Shown here: in pieces, positions 33,959 through 43,161 of the stretch
Layout: the number at the start of each line of letters is the position of its first letter
Position numbering within the stretch: position 1 is the first letter of the stretch
Source of the DNA: an uncultured Actinomycetes bacterium
Lineage (GTDB): Bacteria; Actinomycetota; Thermoleophilia; UBA2241
Direction of reading: 5' to 3'
Assembly (NCBI GenBank): GCA_963767005.1
Contig: CAVYCN010000002.1
Coordinates: 448,001 to 512,000, forward strand
Length of the DNA stretch: 64,000 nucleotides
Program-made: the position numbers and the translations under genes
The notes under the pieces: model-generated
What the model saw: the letters and a program-made list of their open reading frames with translations, nothing else
Database searches by the model: none
Told to the model about the DNA's origin: nothing

Positions 33959-35791
33959 TCAGACGGACTCGATGGCAAACAGCGGCTGACCGTACTCGAC
34001 CGCGGCGCCGTTGTCGGCCAGCACCTCGCGCACCACGCCGTCGACGTCGGACCCGAGCTCGTTCATCAGCTTCATGGCCTCGAGGATGCACAGCGTCTGG
34101 CCGGCCGTGACGATGTCGCCGACCGACACGAACGGCTCGAGAGCGGGCGAGGACGCCCGGTAGAACGTGCCGACCATGGGCGAGCGCACCAGGTGGAAGC
34201 CGTTGGTGTCGGGCGCAGCCGGCGGGCCGGCCGCCGCGCGCGGCGCCGCGCGCTCGCCCTCGGGCGGCTCGGGCGGCGTCTTGCGCACGGTGATCCGCAC
34301 GTCGCCTTCTTCGAGGATGAGCTCCTGGAGGTCGCTCGCCTCGACCATGGCGATGATGTCCTTCACGCGATCGGCGCCCGCCTCGCTCGTCGCGCTCTGC
34401 ATCTGCGAGCTGAGGTAGGTCGGCACCTCGGTGCCGAACACGTCGTGCTCGGGACCCAGGCGGTGCCGCTCGAGGTAGGTGCGCGCGGTCTGCGGGAACA
34501 GCGCGAAGGAGAGCACGTCCTCGGCGGAGTGGGCGAGGTCGCCGATGCCCGCCCGTGCCTCGTCGAGCTCGTCCTCGACGAGCTCGGCCGGCCGCATGGT
34601 GATGGGCCGCTCGTCGCCCAGCACGCGTTCGACGATCTCGGCCGAGACCGCTCCCGGCGAGGCCCCGTAGCGGCCCCGCAGGTATGCCTTCATTTCGTCG
34701 GGCACGATGTGCCAACGCTTGCCCGACAGCACGTTGAGCACGGCCTGCGTGCCGACGATCTGCGACATGGGCGTGACGAGCGGCGGAAAACCGACCTCGG
34801 CGCGCACCACGGGGATCTCCTCGAGGACCTCGGGCAGACGGTCGAGCGCGTTCTGCTCCTTGAGCTGGCCTTCGAGGTTCGAGATCATGCCGCCCGGCAC
34901 CTGGTGGGAGTACACCTGCATGTGCGTGAGCGACGTCACGCCACGATCGAAGCCCCCTTCGATGCGCACCGTCTCGAAATACTTGGCGATCGCGAACAGC
35001 TTCTCGAGGTCGAGCTCGGTGTCGTACGGGGTGCCGATCAGGGCCGTGACCACCATCTCGGTCGCCGGCTGCGAGTTGCCGAAGGCAAGCGGCACGGTCG
35101 CCGTGTCGATCACGTCGACGCCGGCCTCGATCGCCTTGAGATAGGTCATGGGAGCGAGGCCGCCGATGTAGTGGCAGTGGAGCTGGATCGGCACCGACAG
35201 CTCGCTCTTCATGCGGGTGATGAGCTGCTCGGCGTAGAAGGGCGACAGCAGGGCTGCCATGTCCTTGATGCAGATCGAGTCGGCGCCCATCTCGACGAGG
35301 CGGCGGGCCACGTCGAGGTAGTGATCGAGCGAGTGTACCGGCGAGATCGTGTACACCACAGCCGCCTGGAAGTGCTTGCCGGCTTCCTTGATCGCCGCGG
35401 CCGCGGTCTCGAAGTTGCGCGTGTCGTTGAGCGCGTCGAAGACGCGGAAGATGTCGATGCCGTTGTCGGCGGCGCGTGCCACGAACTCGCGCACGACGTC
35501 GTCGCCATAGTGGCGATACCCGACCAGGTTCTGGCCGCGCAGCAGCATCTGCAGCGGCGTGCGATGCACGTGGTTACGGATCAGCCGGAGGCGCTCCCAG
35601 GGATCCTCGTCGAGGAAGCGCAGACAGGCGTCGAAGGTGGCGCCGCCCCAGCACTCGATCGAGTGATACCCGACCTCGTCGATCCGCTCGAGGATGGGCA
35701 GCATCTGAGCGGTGCGCATGCGCGTGGCCCACAGCGACTGATGGGCGTCGCGCAAGGTCGTGTCGGTGATGCCGATCCGCCTGGCCCGCAC
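33959..35791 (-). CDS. Pyruvate carboxylase B/OadA-type carboxyltransferase fused to an AccB-type biotin carrier
   Basis: CT motifs DTTLRDAHQSL, ECWGGATFD, CIKDMA and HCH; C-terminal VRSPMVGTFYR...EAMKLMNE. Confidence 0.9.
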   Translation of the reverse strand: MRARRIGITDTTLRDAHQSLWATRMRTAQMLPILERIDEVGYHSIECWGGATFDACLRFLDEDPWERLRLIRNHVHRTPLQMLLRGQNLVGYRHYGDDVVREFVARAADNGIDIFRVFDALNDTRNFETAAAAIKEAGKHFQAAVVYTISPVHSLDHYLDVARRLVEMGADSICIKDMAALLSPFYAEQLITRMKSELSVPIQLHCHYIGGLAPMTYLKAIEAGVDVIDTATVPLAFGNSQPATEMVVTALIGTPYDTELDLEKLFAIAKYFETVRIEGGFDRGVTSLTHMQVYSHQVPGGMISNLEGQLKEQNALDRLPEVLEEIPVVRAEVGFPPLVTPMSQIVGTQAVLNVLSGKRWHIVPDEMKAYLRGRYGASPGAVSAEIVERVLGDERPITMRPAELVEDELDEARAGIGDLAHSAEDVLSFALFPQTARTYLERHRLGPEHDVFGTEVPTYLSSQMQSATSEAGADRVKDIIAMVEASDLQELILEEGDVRITVRKTPPEPPEGERAAPRAAAGPPAAPDTNGFHLVRSPMVGTFYRASSPALEPFVSVGDIVTAGQTLCILEAMKLMNELGSDVDGVVREVLADNGAAVEYGQPLFAIESV

Positions 35792-35818
35792 GGCGTGTCT
35801 CCTGCCCTCGTTCCCGCG

Positions 35819-36385
35819 TCAGACGCGGGTGATGTACCCGCCGGTGCGCGTGTCGACGCGCACGCGCTCGCCCTGCTCGATGAACAGCGGCACCTGGATG
35901 CTCACTCCCGTCTCGAGCGTGGCCGGCTTGGTGCCCCCCTGGGCCGTGTCGCCCCGCAGCCCCGGCTCGGTGTGCGTGATGGTGAGCTCGACGTGGTTGG
36001 GCGGCTCGACGGCGGCGGGCTCGCCGTTCAGCGACAGAAGCAGGACCTCCTGGTTCTCGGCGACCCACTTGAGCGCCTCGCCGGCCATACCGGGGTTCAC
36101 CGACACCTGCTCGTAGGTGCCGGGGTCCATGAGGACGACCTCGCCGTCGGTCGAGTACAGGTAGGTCATCGTGCGCGACTGCGTGTGGATCCTGTTGAAC
36201 TTCTCGCCCGAACGGAAGGTCCGGTCGAGCACGGCGCCGGTGGCGATGTTGCGCACCCTGGTACGCACGAACGCGCCGCCCTTGCCGGGCTTCACGTGCT
36301 GGAACTCGACGATCGTGAAGTTCTCGCCGTCGATCTCGATCGCCATGCCGTTCTTGAACTGGGCGGTGGACACTACGTCGGCCAT
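35819..36385 (-). CDS. efp: Elongation factor P
   Basis: Motifs HVKPGKGGAF, PGLRGDT and KPATLETG. Confidence 0.97.
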   Translation of the reverse strand: MADVVSTAQFKNGMAIEIDGENFTIVEFQHVKPGKGGAFVRTRVRNIATGAVLDRTFRSGEKFNRIHTQSRTMTYLYSTDGEVVLMDPGTYEQVSVNPGMAGEALKWVAENQEVLLLSLNGEPAAVEPPNHVELTITHTEPGLRGDTAQGGTKPATLETGVSIQVPLFIEQGERVRVDTRTGGYITRV

Positions 36386-36518
36386 GGACTCTTCCCCAGG
36401 TCGCTCTCGTTCGAAGGAAGCTGACTGCGACGCCCGTGGCGCGCGCCTGCGGGCGCCCCGGGAATCGGCACATCATGATACACGAAAGCCATCGCGGTCA
36501 CGCCACCGCGCGAGCGCC

Positions 36519-37613
36519 TCAGGCGACGACGCGCAGCTCCTTCGGCGAGCGCGTCAGGCGCTCGCACCCGTTGCCGGTCACTGCTACCGTGTCCTCGATG
36601 CGGACCCCCAGCCGGCCCTCGAGGTAGATGCCCGGCTCGACCGTGATCACCATGCCGGACGCCAGACGGTCGCCACTGCGCCGGCCGACGCGCGGCTGCT
36701 CGTGGATCTCGAGGCCGACGCCGTGCCCGGTGCCGTGTCCGAAGCGCTCTCCGTGACCGGCGTCGTCGATGACGAGCCGCGCCGCGCGGTCGACGGCGCG
36801 ACAGAGGGCGCCGTCGCGCACCGCGGCGAGCCCCGCGAGCTGCGCCCGGAGCACCACCTCGTACACGAGACGCGCCTCGTCACCCACGTCACCCACGGCG
36901 AAGGTACGGGTGATGTCGCTCTGGTAGCCGTCGAGCCGGGCGCCCATGTCGATCACGACGAGGTCGCCGCGGGTGACCACCGCGTCGCCGGGGATGGCGT
37001 GCGGCAGGGCGCCGTGCGGGCCGGCCGCGACGATCGTGGGAAAGGCGAGGTCGTCGCCGCCGGCGTCGTGGACGGCGACCTCGACCGCCCAGGCGACGTC
37101 GCGTTCGGTGCGCCCCGCGAGGCCGGCCGCTACCACCGCCTCGAGGGCCTCTTCGGCGATCGCGGCGGCGCGCCGCATCGTGTCGAGCTCGTCGGGGTCC
37201 TTCACCCGGCGCAGCGCGCTCACCCGAGCGCCCAGGTTGACCAGGCGACCGCCGAAGCGACGCCGCAGGCGGCGGTACCCGGCGTAGGCCAGCACGTCGC
37301 CCTGAAAGCCGAGACGAGGCGCGTCGGCGCCCGATCCTCCCGCCCCCGCCGCCCCCCAGGCGGTGAGGACGTCGGTCACGAGCGCCTCGCCGCCCTCGCT
37401 GCGCACGAGCTCGAGACCGCTCGCCTCGTCGGCCGCCTGTGCCCAGAACCGCGAGTCCGTACAGATGAGCGCCGCGTCACGGCTCACGAGCAGCAGCGCC
37501 TCGTCGCCGCGAAAGCCCGAGAGGTAGCGAACGTCGGCGGGATCGGACACCAGCACGGCGTCGAGACCGCGCGCGTCGAGCAGCAGGCGCGCCCCGGACA
37601 GACGATCGGTCAT
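36519..37613 (-). CDS. pepQ: Xaa-Pro peptidase (M24B)
   Basis: Motifs DMGA, SDITRT, HGTGHGVGLEIHE, TVEPGIY and GVRIED. Confidence 0.9.
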   Translation of the reverse strand: MTDRLSGARLLLDARGLDAVLVSDPADVRYLSGFRGDEALLLVSRDAALICTDSRFWAQAADEASGLELVRSEGGEALVTDVLTAWGAAGAGGSGADAPRLGFQGDVLAYAGYRRLRRRFGGRLVNLGARVSALRRVKDPDELDTMRRAAAIAEEALEAVVAAGLAGRTERDVAWAVEVAVHDAGGDDLAFPTIVAAGPHGALPHAIPGDAVVTRGDLVVIDMGARLDGYQSDITRTFAVGDVGDEARLVYEVVLRAQLAGLAAVRDGALCRAVDRAARLVIDDAGHGERFGHGTGHGVGLEIHEQPRVGRRSGDRLASGMVITVEPGIYLEGRLGVRIEDTVAVTGNGCERLTRSPKELRVVA

Positions 37614-38056
37614 TCGGCCACCACCTCCGCGAGCCGGTCGACCGCTTCGAGATAGCCGTCGATTCCCTTGCCCGACACCCGCACCGCGGCGAGGTCGGCG
37701 ACCACCGACGAGCGGCGCCACTCCTCACGACGCTCGATCGCCGACAGGTGGACCTCGCCGATCGGGCGGTGCACCATCTCGAGCGCGTCGTGCAGGGCCC
37801 AGCTGTAATGCGTCCAGGCGCCGGCGTTGACGAGCAGGGCGTCGACCGGCTCATCGCCGCGGGCGAGCGCGTGGAGCTGCTCGACGAAGCGGCCCTCGTG
37901 ATTGGTCTGAAAGCAGCGCACCTCGAAGCCGCGCTCCGCGGCGTACGCCGTGACGCGCGCGCACACCTCCGGCAAAGTGACGGTGCCGTAGTGTTCCTCG
38001 GCGCGGTAGCCGAGCATGTCGAGATTCACGCCGTGCAGCAGCCAGAGCACCTTCAT
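37610..38056 (-). CDS. aroQ: Type II 3-dehydroquinate dehydratase
   Basis: Motifs HGVNLDMLG, QTNHEG, NAGAWTH and EVHLS. Confidence 0.93.
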   Translation of the reverse strand: MKVLWLLHGVNLDMLGYRAEEHYGTVTLPEVCARVTAYAAERGFEVRCFQTNHEGRFVEQLHALARGDEPVDALLVNAGAWTHYSWALHDALEMVHRPIGEVHLSAIERREEWRRSSVVADLAAVRVSGKGIDGYLEAVDRLAEVVAE

Positions 38057-39153
38057 CGCGCGGTCAGCCACGCGATCACCTCCCCCTGCAGTTCGGCCGG
38101 CACCGGGACGCCGGTCACCGGCCTGCCGAGCTCCTCGAGCAGCACGAAGCGTGCCTCTCCCCCTGCCGCCTTCTTGTCGCGCCCGACGAGCCGCGCCACG
38201 TCGGCGGGCGCGACGCCTACGAGGCGCTCGGGCAGACCGGCGGCCGACAGCAGCCGCTGGCCCCGGTCGGCCGCCGCGCGGTCGAGCCCGCGCAGCGTCT
38301 CCGACAGCCGCAAGGCGGCGCGCAGGCCCAGCGCGACGGCCTCACCGTGCGTGAACAGATCGTACCCACCGGCCACCTCGATGGCATGGCCGACCGTGTG
38401 ACCGAGGTTCAAGGCGGCACGCTCGCCGGTCGTCTCGCGCGGGTCGCGCGCGACCACGTCGGCCTTCAGGCGCACGTCGGCGGCGAGGAGGCGCGGGTCG
38501 GGCACGGCCGGCCGTGCCACGCCGGCCTCGGTCAGCGCGAGTGTCTCGCCGCCGGCCAGCAGGCCGTGCTTCACGACCTCGGCCCAGCCGCTGCGCACCT
38601 CCCGCTCCGGCAGCGTGCGGAGCGTCTGCACGTCTTCGACCACGAGATCGGGCTGGTAGAACGTGCCCACGTAGTTCTTGCCCTCGCGAAAGTCGACGGC
38701 GACCTTGCCGCCGACCGCCGCGTCGACCATGGCGAGCAGGGTCGTCGGTGCCTGCACGAGGTGCAGGCCACGCTGGAAGGTCGCCGCCGCGTAGCCGGCG
38801 AGGTCGCCGATCACGCCGCCGCCCAGCGCCACGACCGTGTCGCCGCGTCCGGCGCCGAGCTCGTAGAGACGGTCGTAGAGCGTGCCGAGGAACGCCACGG
38901 TCTTGGTGTGCTCCCCCGCCGGCAGCACCGTGGACGACACTCGCAGGCCACCGCGCTCCAGCGCCCCGGCGGCCGGCTCCAGGTAGTGCGCCGCCACGTT
39001 CTCGTCGCTCACCACGAGAGCCTGCGTGCCGGGCCGCAGGTACAGCTCGCCGAGGCGCCCGAGCAGGCCAGCGCCGATGACGACCCGGTAGGTCGCGCCA
39101 CCGGCTGCGACCGCCACCGAGAGGCTCTCCTGCGCGCTCCGGCTCGCGCTCAC
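38053..39153 (-). CDS. aroB: 3-dehydroquinate synthase
   Basis: Motifs GGGVIGDLAG, PTTLLAMVDAAVGGK and LNLGHTVGHAIE. Confidence 0.96.
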   Translation of the reverse strand: MSASRSAQESLSVAVAAGGATYRVVIGAGLLGRLGELYLRPGTQALVVSDENVAAHYLEPAAGALERGGLRVSSTVLPAGEHTKTVAFLGTLYDRLYELGAGRGDTVVALGGGVIGDLAGYAAATFQRGLHLVQAPTTLLAMVDAAVGGKVAVDFREGKNYVGTFYQPDLVVEDVQTLRTLPEREVRSGWAEVVKHGLLAGGETLALTEAGVARPAVPDPRLLAADVRLKADVVARDPRETTGERAALNLGHTVGHAIEVAGGYDLFTHGEAVALGLRAALRLSETLRGLDRAAADRGQRLLSAAGLPERLVGVAPADVARLVGRDKKAAGGEARFVLLEELGRPVTGVPVPAELQGEVIAWLTAR

Positions 39154-39710
39154 GGCCCGACCGCCGCGATCACGCGATCGGCCACCCAGTCGGGCCGCTC
39201 GCGGCCGGCCATCGTCACGACCGCCGTGGCGACCTCGCGGTAGAGCGGCCGGCGGCGCGCGTAGAGGGCCTCGAAGAGGGCCGCGTCACGCGCGAGCGGC
39301 CGCGTCCCGGACTGCGAGCGCGCGAACAGCACGTCGGCCGGCGCGTCGAGCCAGACGACGTGCGGGAGGCGCGCAAGCGCCTCCCGCACGTCGGCGCTCG
39401 TCACCGCCCCGCCCCCCAGCGCCACGACAGCGCCCGCCCCTGCGGCGGCCTCGAGCTCGGCCACGACGACGGCGCGCTCCAGGGCACGGAAACCCTCTTC
39501 GCCGCGCTCGGCGAAGAGCTGCGAGATGGGGCCGTGACGCTCGGTGACGACGGCATCGGTGTCGACGAACGGCACGCCCAGGCGGCGAGCGACGAGCCGC
39601 CCGACGCGGGTCTTGCCCGCGCCCATGAAACCCACGAGGGCGACGCTCACAGCGCCCGCGCGCGGGCTTGCGGCCCCCTTTGCCCCCATCCGGGACCCGG
39701 CCTCGCTCAC
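39150..39710 (-). CDS. aroK: Shikimate kinase
   Basis: Motifs GFMGAGKT, GEEGFRALE and LGGGAV. Confidence 0.94.
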   Translation of the reverse strand: MSEAGSRMGAKGAASPRAGAVSVALVGFMGAGKTRVGRLVARRLGVPFVDTDAVVTERHGPISQLFAERGEEGFRALERAVVVAELEAAAGAGAVVALGGGAVTSADVREALARLPHVVWLDAPADVLFARSQSGTRPLARDAALFEALYARRRPLYREVATAVVTMAGRERPDWVADRVIAAVGP

Positions 39711-40864
39711 AGCCGCCGGATGCGCTCGCGCAGCGCGGCGACCGCGGCCACGAGCTCGTCGGCGGTCTCGCCGCCGGACCGCTCGAGGACGGCCGCCGCC
39801 AAGCAGAGCGCGACGACGGCCTCGCCGACCACCGCGGCGGCCGGTACGGCGCAGACGTCGCTGCGCTCCACGTGCGCCGCGACCGCCTCGTGCGTACCGA
39901 GGCGCACGCTGCCCAGCGGCCTCGTGAGGGTGGCGATCGGCTTCATGGCGGCGCGCACGATGATCGGCAGGCCGGTCGAGACGCCGCCCTCGATGCCGCC
40001 GGCGTTGTTGCCGGCACGGCTGTAGCCGGCGGCCTCGGACCAGACGATCTCATCGTGCACCTGCGAGCCGGGCCGCCGGGCGGCCGCGAAGCCGAGGCCG
40101 ATCTCGACGCCCTTGATCGCCGGGATACCGAACGCGGCCGCCGCCAGGCGGGCGCCGAGCCGGCGATCGGCCTGCGCGTAGCTGCCCACGCCCGGCGGGA
40201 ACCCATAGACGACCACCTCGAACACCCCGCCCAGCGTGTCGCCCGCCTCGCCGGCTCTGACCACAGCCGCGCGCATGGCCGCGCTGGCGGCGGGATCGAG
40301 ACAGCGCAGCGGGTCGGCGTCGACGCCCTCGAGACCGGGCGGCGACGCCACGACGCCCGCGGTCACGTCGCCGACGGCTACCACGTGACTGCCCAGCGTG
40401 CAGCCTATCAGCGCCAGCAGGCGGCGTGCGACGGCGCCGCAGGCGACCCGTGCCGCCGTCTCGCGGGCGCTGGCCCGCTCGATCACGTCGCGCAGGTCGT
40501 CGTGCCCGTAGAGCGCCGCGCCGACGAGGTCGGCGTGACCGGGACGAGGCACGCGCACAGGCTCGGGCGGGCTCTCGACCGGTTCGACGGCCATCGTCGC
40601 CGCCCACTGCGGGGCGTCGCGGTTCTCGATGCCGAGCGCGATCGGTGCCCCGGTGGTACGCCCATGACGCACGCCGGAGAGGATGGCGACGCGGTCGTTC
40701 TCGATCTCCTGCCGGGCGCCGCGACCGAAGCCGAGCTGCCGGCGGGCGAGGTCGGCGTCGATCGCTGCAGCGTCGAGCGCGAGGCCGGCGGGGCAGCCCT
40801 CGACGATCGCGGTCAGACGGCCGCCGTGCGACTCGCCGGCGGTCAGGTAGCGCAGGGTCGACAT
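39707..40864 (-). CDS. aroC: Chorismate synthase
   Basis: Motifs TAGESHG, PRPGHAD, ERASARETA and NNAGGIEGG. Confidence 0.97.
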   Translation of the reverse strand: MSTLRYLTAGESHGGRLTAIVEGCPAGLALDAAAIDADLARRQLGFGRGARQEIENDRVAILSGVRHGRTTGAPIALGIENRDAPQWAATMAVEPVESPPEPVRVPRPGHADLVGAALYGHDDLRDVIERASARETAARVACGAVARRLLALIGCTLGSHVVAVGDVTAGVVASPPGLEGVDADPLRCLDPAASAAMRAAVVRAGEAGDTLGGVFEVVVYGFPPGVGSYAQADRRLGARLAAAAFGIPAIKGVEIGLGFAAARRPGSQVHDEIVWSEAAGYSRAGNNAGGIEGGVSTGLPIIVRAAMKPIATLTRPLGSVRLGTHEAVAAHVERSDVCAVPAAAVVGEAVVALCLAAAVLERSGGETADELVAAVAALRERIRRL

Positions 40865-40871
40865 GGCGACT

Positions 40872-40877
40872 ACCTTA
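40872..40877 (-). promoter_or_regulatory. -10 element TAAGGT 7 nt before the aroC ATG (leaderless)
   Basis: TAAGGT-agtcgcc-ATG; no SD. Confidence 0.5.
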
Positions 40878-40907
40878 CACGCGGGGCCGGAGCCCGCACA
40901 ACGACGG

Positions 40908-40939
40908 CGGGGGCGGGCCGCTGGTGCGGCCCGCCCCCG
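40908..40939 (-). terminator. GC-rich hairpin at the end of the pil locus
   Basis: Perfect 14-bp stem CGGGGGCGGGCCGC/GCGGCCCGCCCCCG with a 4-nt loop; no U tract. Confidence 0.65.
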
Positions 40940-40967
40940 TGACGTACGCGTGCTGCGCGGTCCTGCG

Positions 40968-41882
40968 TTACTTGTTGACCGTGTCTCCGACGTGGATGGT
41001 GACCTGCACGTCGCCGTGCAGGATGGTGACCGTCTGTGCGGGCGTGTTGATGCCGACGACCTTGATCTGACCCCACGAGGTCGAGATCACCGCGCCGACC
41101 TTGCGCGCGGCGTAGGTGTGGCCGTCGACCACGAGGGTGGCCGAGGGCACGCCGTCGCTCGTCTCGATGCTCAGGGCCTTGATCGTGTGGCCGGCGAGCG
41201 TCGCGCCGGTGTCGCTGCTCACCGAGGAGCTGCTCGAGCTGTGAGCTGGAGCTGCTCGAGTGCTCGAGCCGCCGCTGTAGAGGACGTCGACGACGGTGAA
41301 CAGGTAGGTCGTGCTCGTCGAGTTCTTCTCGAGGGTGACCGTGGTCGGCGAGCCGACGCTGACGTTGAAGGTGGACGTCGTCGAGCCGCCGACCGTGTAG
41401 TCGTTGAGCAGCTTGAACGTGACGGCGTTCGCGGTGATCGCCTTGATCTGCACGATCGCCCCGGCCGGCGGGATCTGGTCGCCGACCTTCTCGTCGTTAT
41501 AGGTGGCGCTCACGTCGCCCGACTTGGCCTCGGTGGTGAGCTTGATGTCGGCCGCCACCGGGGTGGCCTCGGCGGTCGGCTCCGAGGTCGGGCTGGTCGA
41601 GGCGGCCGCGGGTGCGCCGGTCGACTGGATGAACGGATCGCGGCTGTGGAACTGGTCGAGCGTCGGCTGCTGCTTGGCGGGATCGGCCGCCGTCGCGGCG
41701 CTGCCGGTGGACGAGGCCAGCGCGGAGGTGTCGGCCAGGCCGACCGCGCTCGGGTTGCCGGAGCCGGCCGTGCTCAGTGCCGTCGCGGCACCGTGGCCGT
41801 GGGCCGCCACTACCGAGGCCACGGCCAGGGCGGCGACCACCACGATCACGAGCACGACGTTGGACTTGTTGATCGTCATCAT
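40968..41882 (-). CDS. Membrane-anchored PilP-like protein
   Basis: Follows pilO with ATGA overlap. N-terminal TM/signal, RDPF motif, two beta-rich KVG-containing modules, Ser/Thr linkers. Confidence 0.65.
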   Translation of the reverse strand: MMTINKSNVVLVIVVVAALAVASVVAAHGHGAATALSTAGSGNPSAVGLADTSALASSTGSAATAADPAKQQPTLDQFHSRDPFIQSTGAPAAASTSPTSEPTAEATPVAADIKLTTEAKSGDVSATYNDEKVGDQIPPAGAIVQIKAITANAVTFKLLNDYTVGGSTTSTFNVSVGSPTTVTLEKNSTSTTYLFTVVDVLYSGGSSTRAAPAHSSSSSSVSSDTGATLAGHTIKALSIETSDGVPSATLVVDGHTYAARKVGAVISTSWGQIKVVGINTPAQTVTILHGDVQVTIHVGDTVNK

Positions 41883-42487
41883 TGCGCACCTGCCAGCGCC
41901 GTGGCGTTCCCGGACGGAGTCCACTGGTAGCCGTTGATCGTGAGCTTGATGTCAAGATCGGGATACGGGTTCTTCGAGCTCTTGCCGAGCGACAGGCCGA
42001 CGACGGAGAACATGCGGCCCGTGGCGTTGAACTGCTGGTTGCGCAGGGTGACGTAGTTCTCGAGCCGGTAGAGGAAGTCCTCGGCATCGAAGTAGCGCCC
42101 GTCGAGCTCGAGCTGGATGGGCTGCACCGAGAACGGCACCCCGGCCGCCGTGGCCTGCGGGTTGACACTCAGTATCGTGAGACCGGAGTCCTGCGCCGTC
42201 CCGACGATCCCGCGGATGAACGACGGGATCGCGGCCTCGGACGGCATGATCTCGTGGAGCTTGATGAGGTCGGCCTCGGCCTGCGGAGCGGTCTTCTTGA
42301 CGAGCAGTAGTTGGCGGATCTGCATTTGCGTCTGCTGTAGCGTGTTCTGCTGGCTCACGAGCTGGGTGTTCAGGGCGGCGACCTTCTTTTGCTCGGGCGA
42401 GTACAGGAAGAAGTACCAGAGCACGCCCACGACGGCCGCGACGACGCCCACGATGATGTAGAGCTCACGGCTGCGCAGCTTCATCAC
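41879..42487 (-). CDS. pilO: Type IV pilus assembly protein PilO
   Basis: TM and coiled coil, then MPSEAAIPSFI and GRYFDAEDFLYRLE. Confidence 0.85.
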   Translation of the reverse strand: MMKLRSRELYIIVGVVAAVVGVLWYFFLYSPEQKKVAALNTQLVSQQNTLQQTQMQIRQLLLVKKTAPQAEADLIKLHEIMPSEAAIPSFIRGIVGTAQDSGLTILSVNPQATAAGVPFSVQPIQLELDGRYFDAEDFLYRLENYVTLRNQQFNATGRMFSVVGLSLGKSSKNPYPDLDIKLTINGYQWTPSGNATALAGAQ

Positions 42488-43155
42488 TGTCCACCTCCCA
42501 TGGTGATCGCCGGTGCCGCGGGAGCCAGAGGAGGCGCCGCCGCGAACGGCCGCAGGCTGGCGGTGATGCTGAAGACGCAGTCGGTCGCGGGCGACGACGA
42601 CTGCGCCGACGAGACCAGCTTGATGTTCATGAGCTGCGGCATCATGCCGAGCTGCGTGAGGAACGTCGCCACCTCGTCCTGCGAGGCGTACGCGGTGCTC
42701 AGGTTCGCGTCGCCGGTCATCGCAAGATCGCCGGCGAAGGTCGTCGTGGCGCTGGCGTTGGTGTCGTTGGCGCCGGCCACCATGTAGGGCGGCACGATGA
42801 GGCTCATGGTCTGGATCGACACGCCCTGCGGGATCAGCAGGGCGATCTCGTCGAGGACGTTCGAGACGATGATCCGGGAATTGTAGATCTGGGTCGCCGC
42901 GAGCTGCATCGCCTGGCGTTGGACCTGCATGGTCTGGTAGGGGCGCAGCGCGGCGACCTGGACGTTGGCGGCGTCGATCTGGGCCGCCACGTCGTTGATC
43001 TGGGTCTGCTTGGCCGACACCTGGCGGAACTGCAGGAAGTACAGTCCGCCCAGCACGACCACCAGGGCGATGAGACCCACGATGGCGAGCAGCAGACCCT
43101 GCTCGCGCGCGGCCCTGGTGCGCTCTTCGGGTGGAAGCAGGTTGATCCGAGTCAT
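42484..43155 (-). CDS. pilN: Type IV pilus assembly protein PilN
   Basis: N-terminal INLLP motif, TM, coiled coil. Confidence 0.9.
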   Translation of the reverse strand: MTRINLLPPEERTRAAREQGLLLAIVGLIALVVVLGGLYFLQFRQVSAKQTQINDVAAQIDAANVQVAALRPYQTMQVQRQAMQLAATQIYNSRIIVSNVLDEIALLIPQGVSIQTMSLIVPPYMVAGANDTNASATTTFAGDLAMTGDANLSTAYASQDEVATFLTQLGMMPQLMNIKLVSSAQSSSPATDCVFSITASLRPFAAAPPLAPAAPAITMGGGQ

Positions 43156-43161
43156 CGCGGC

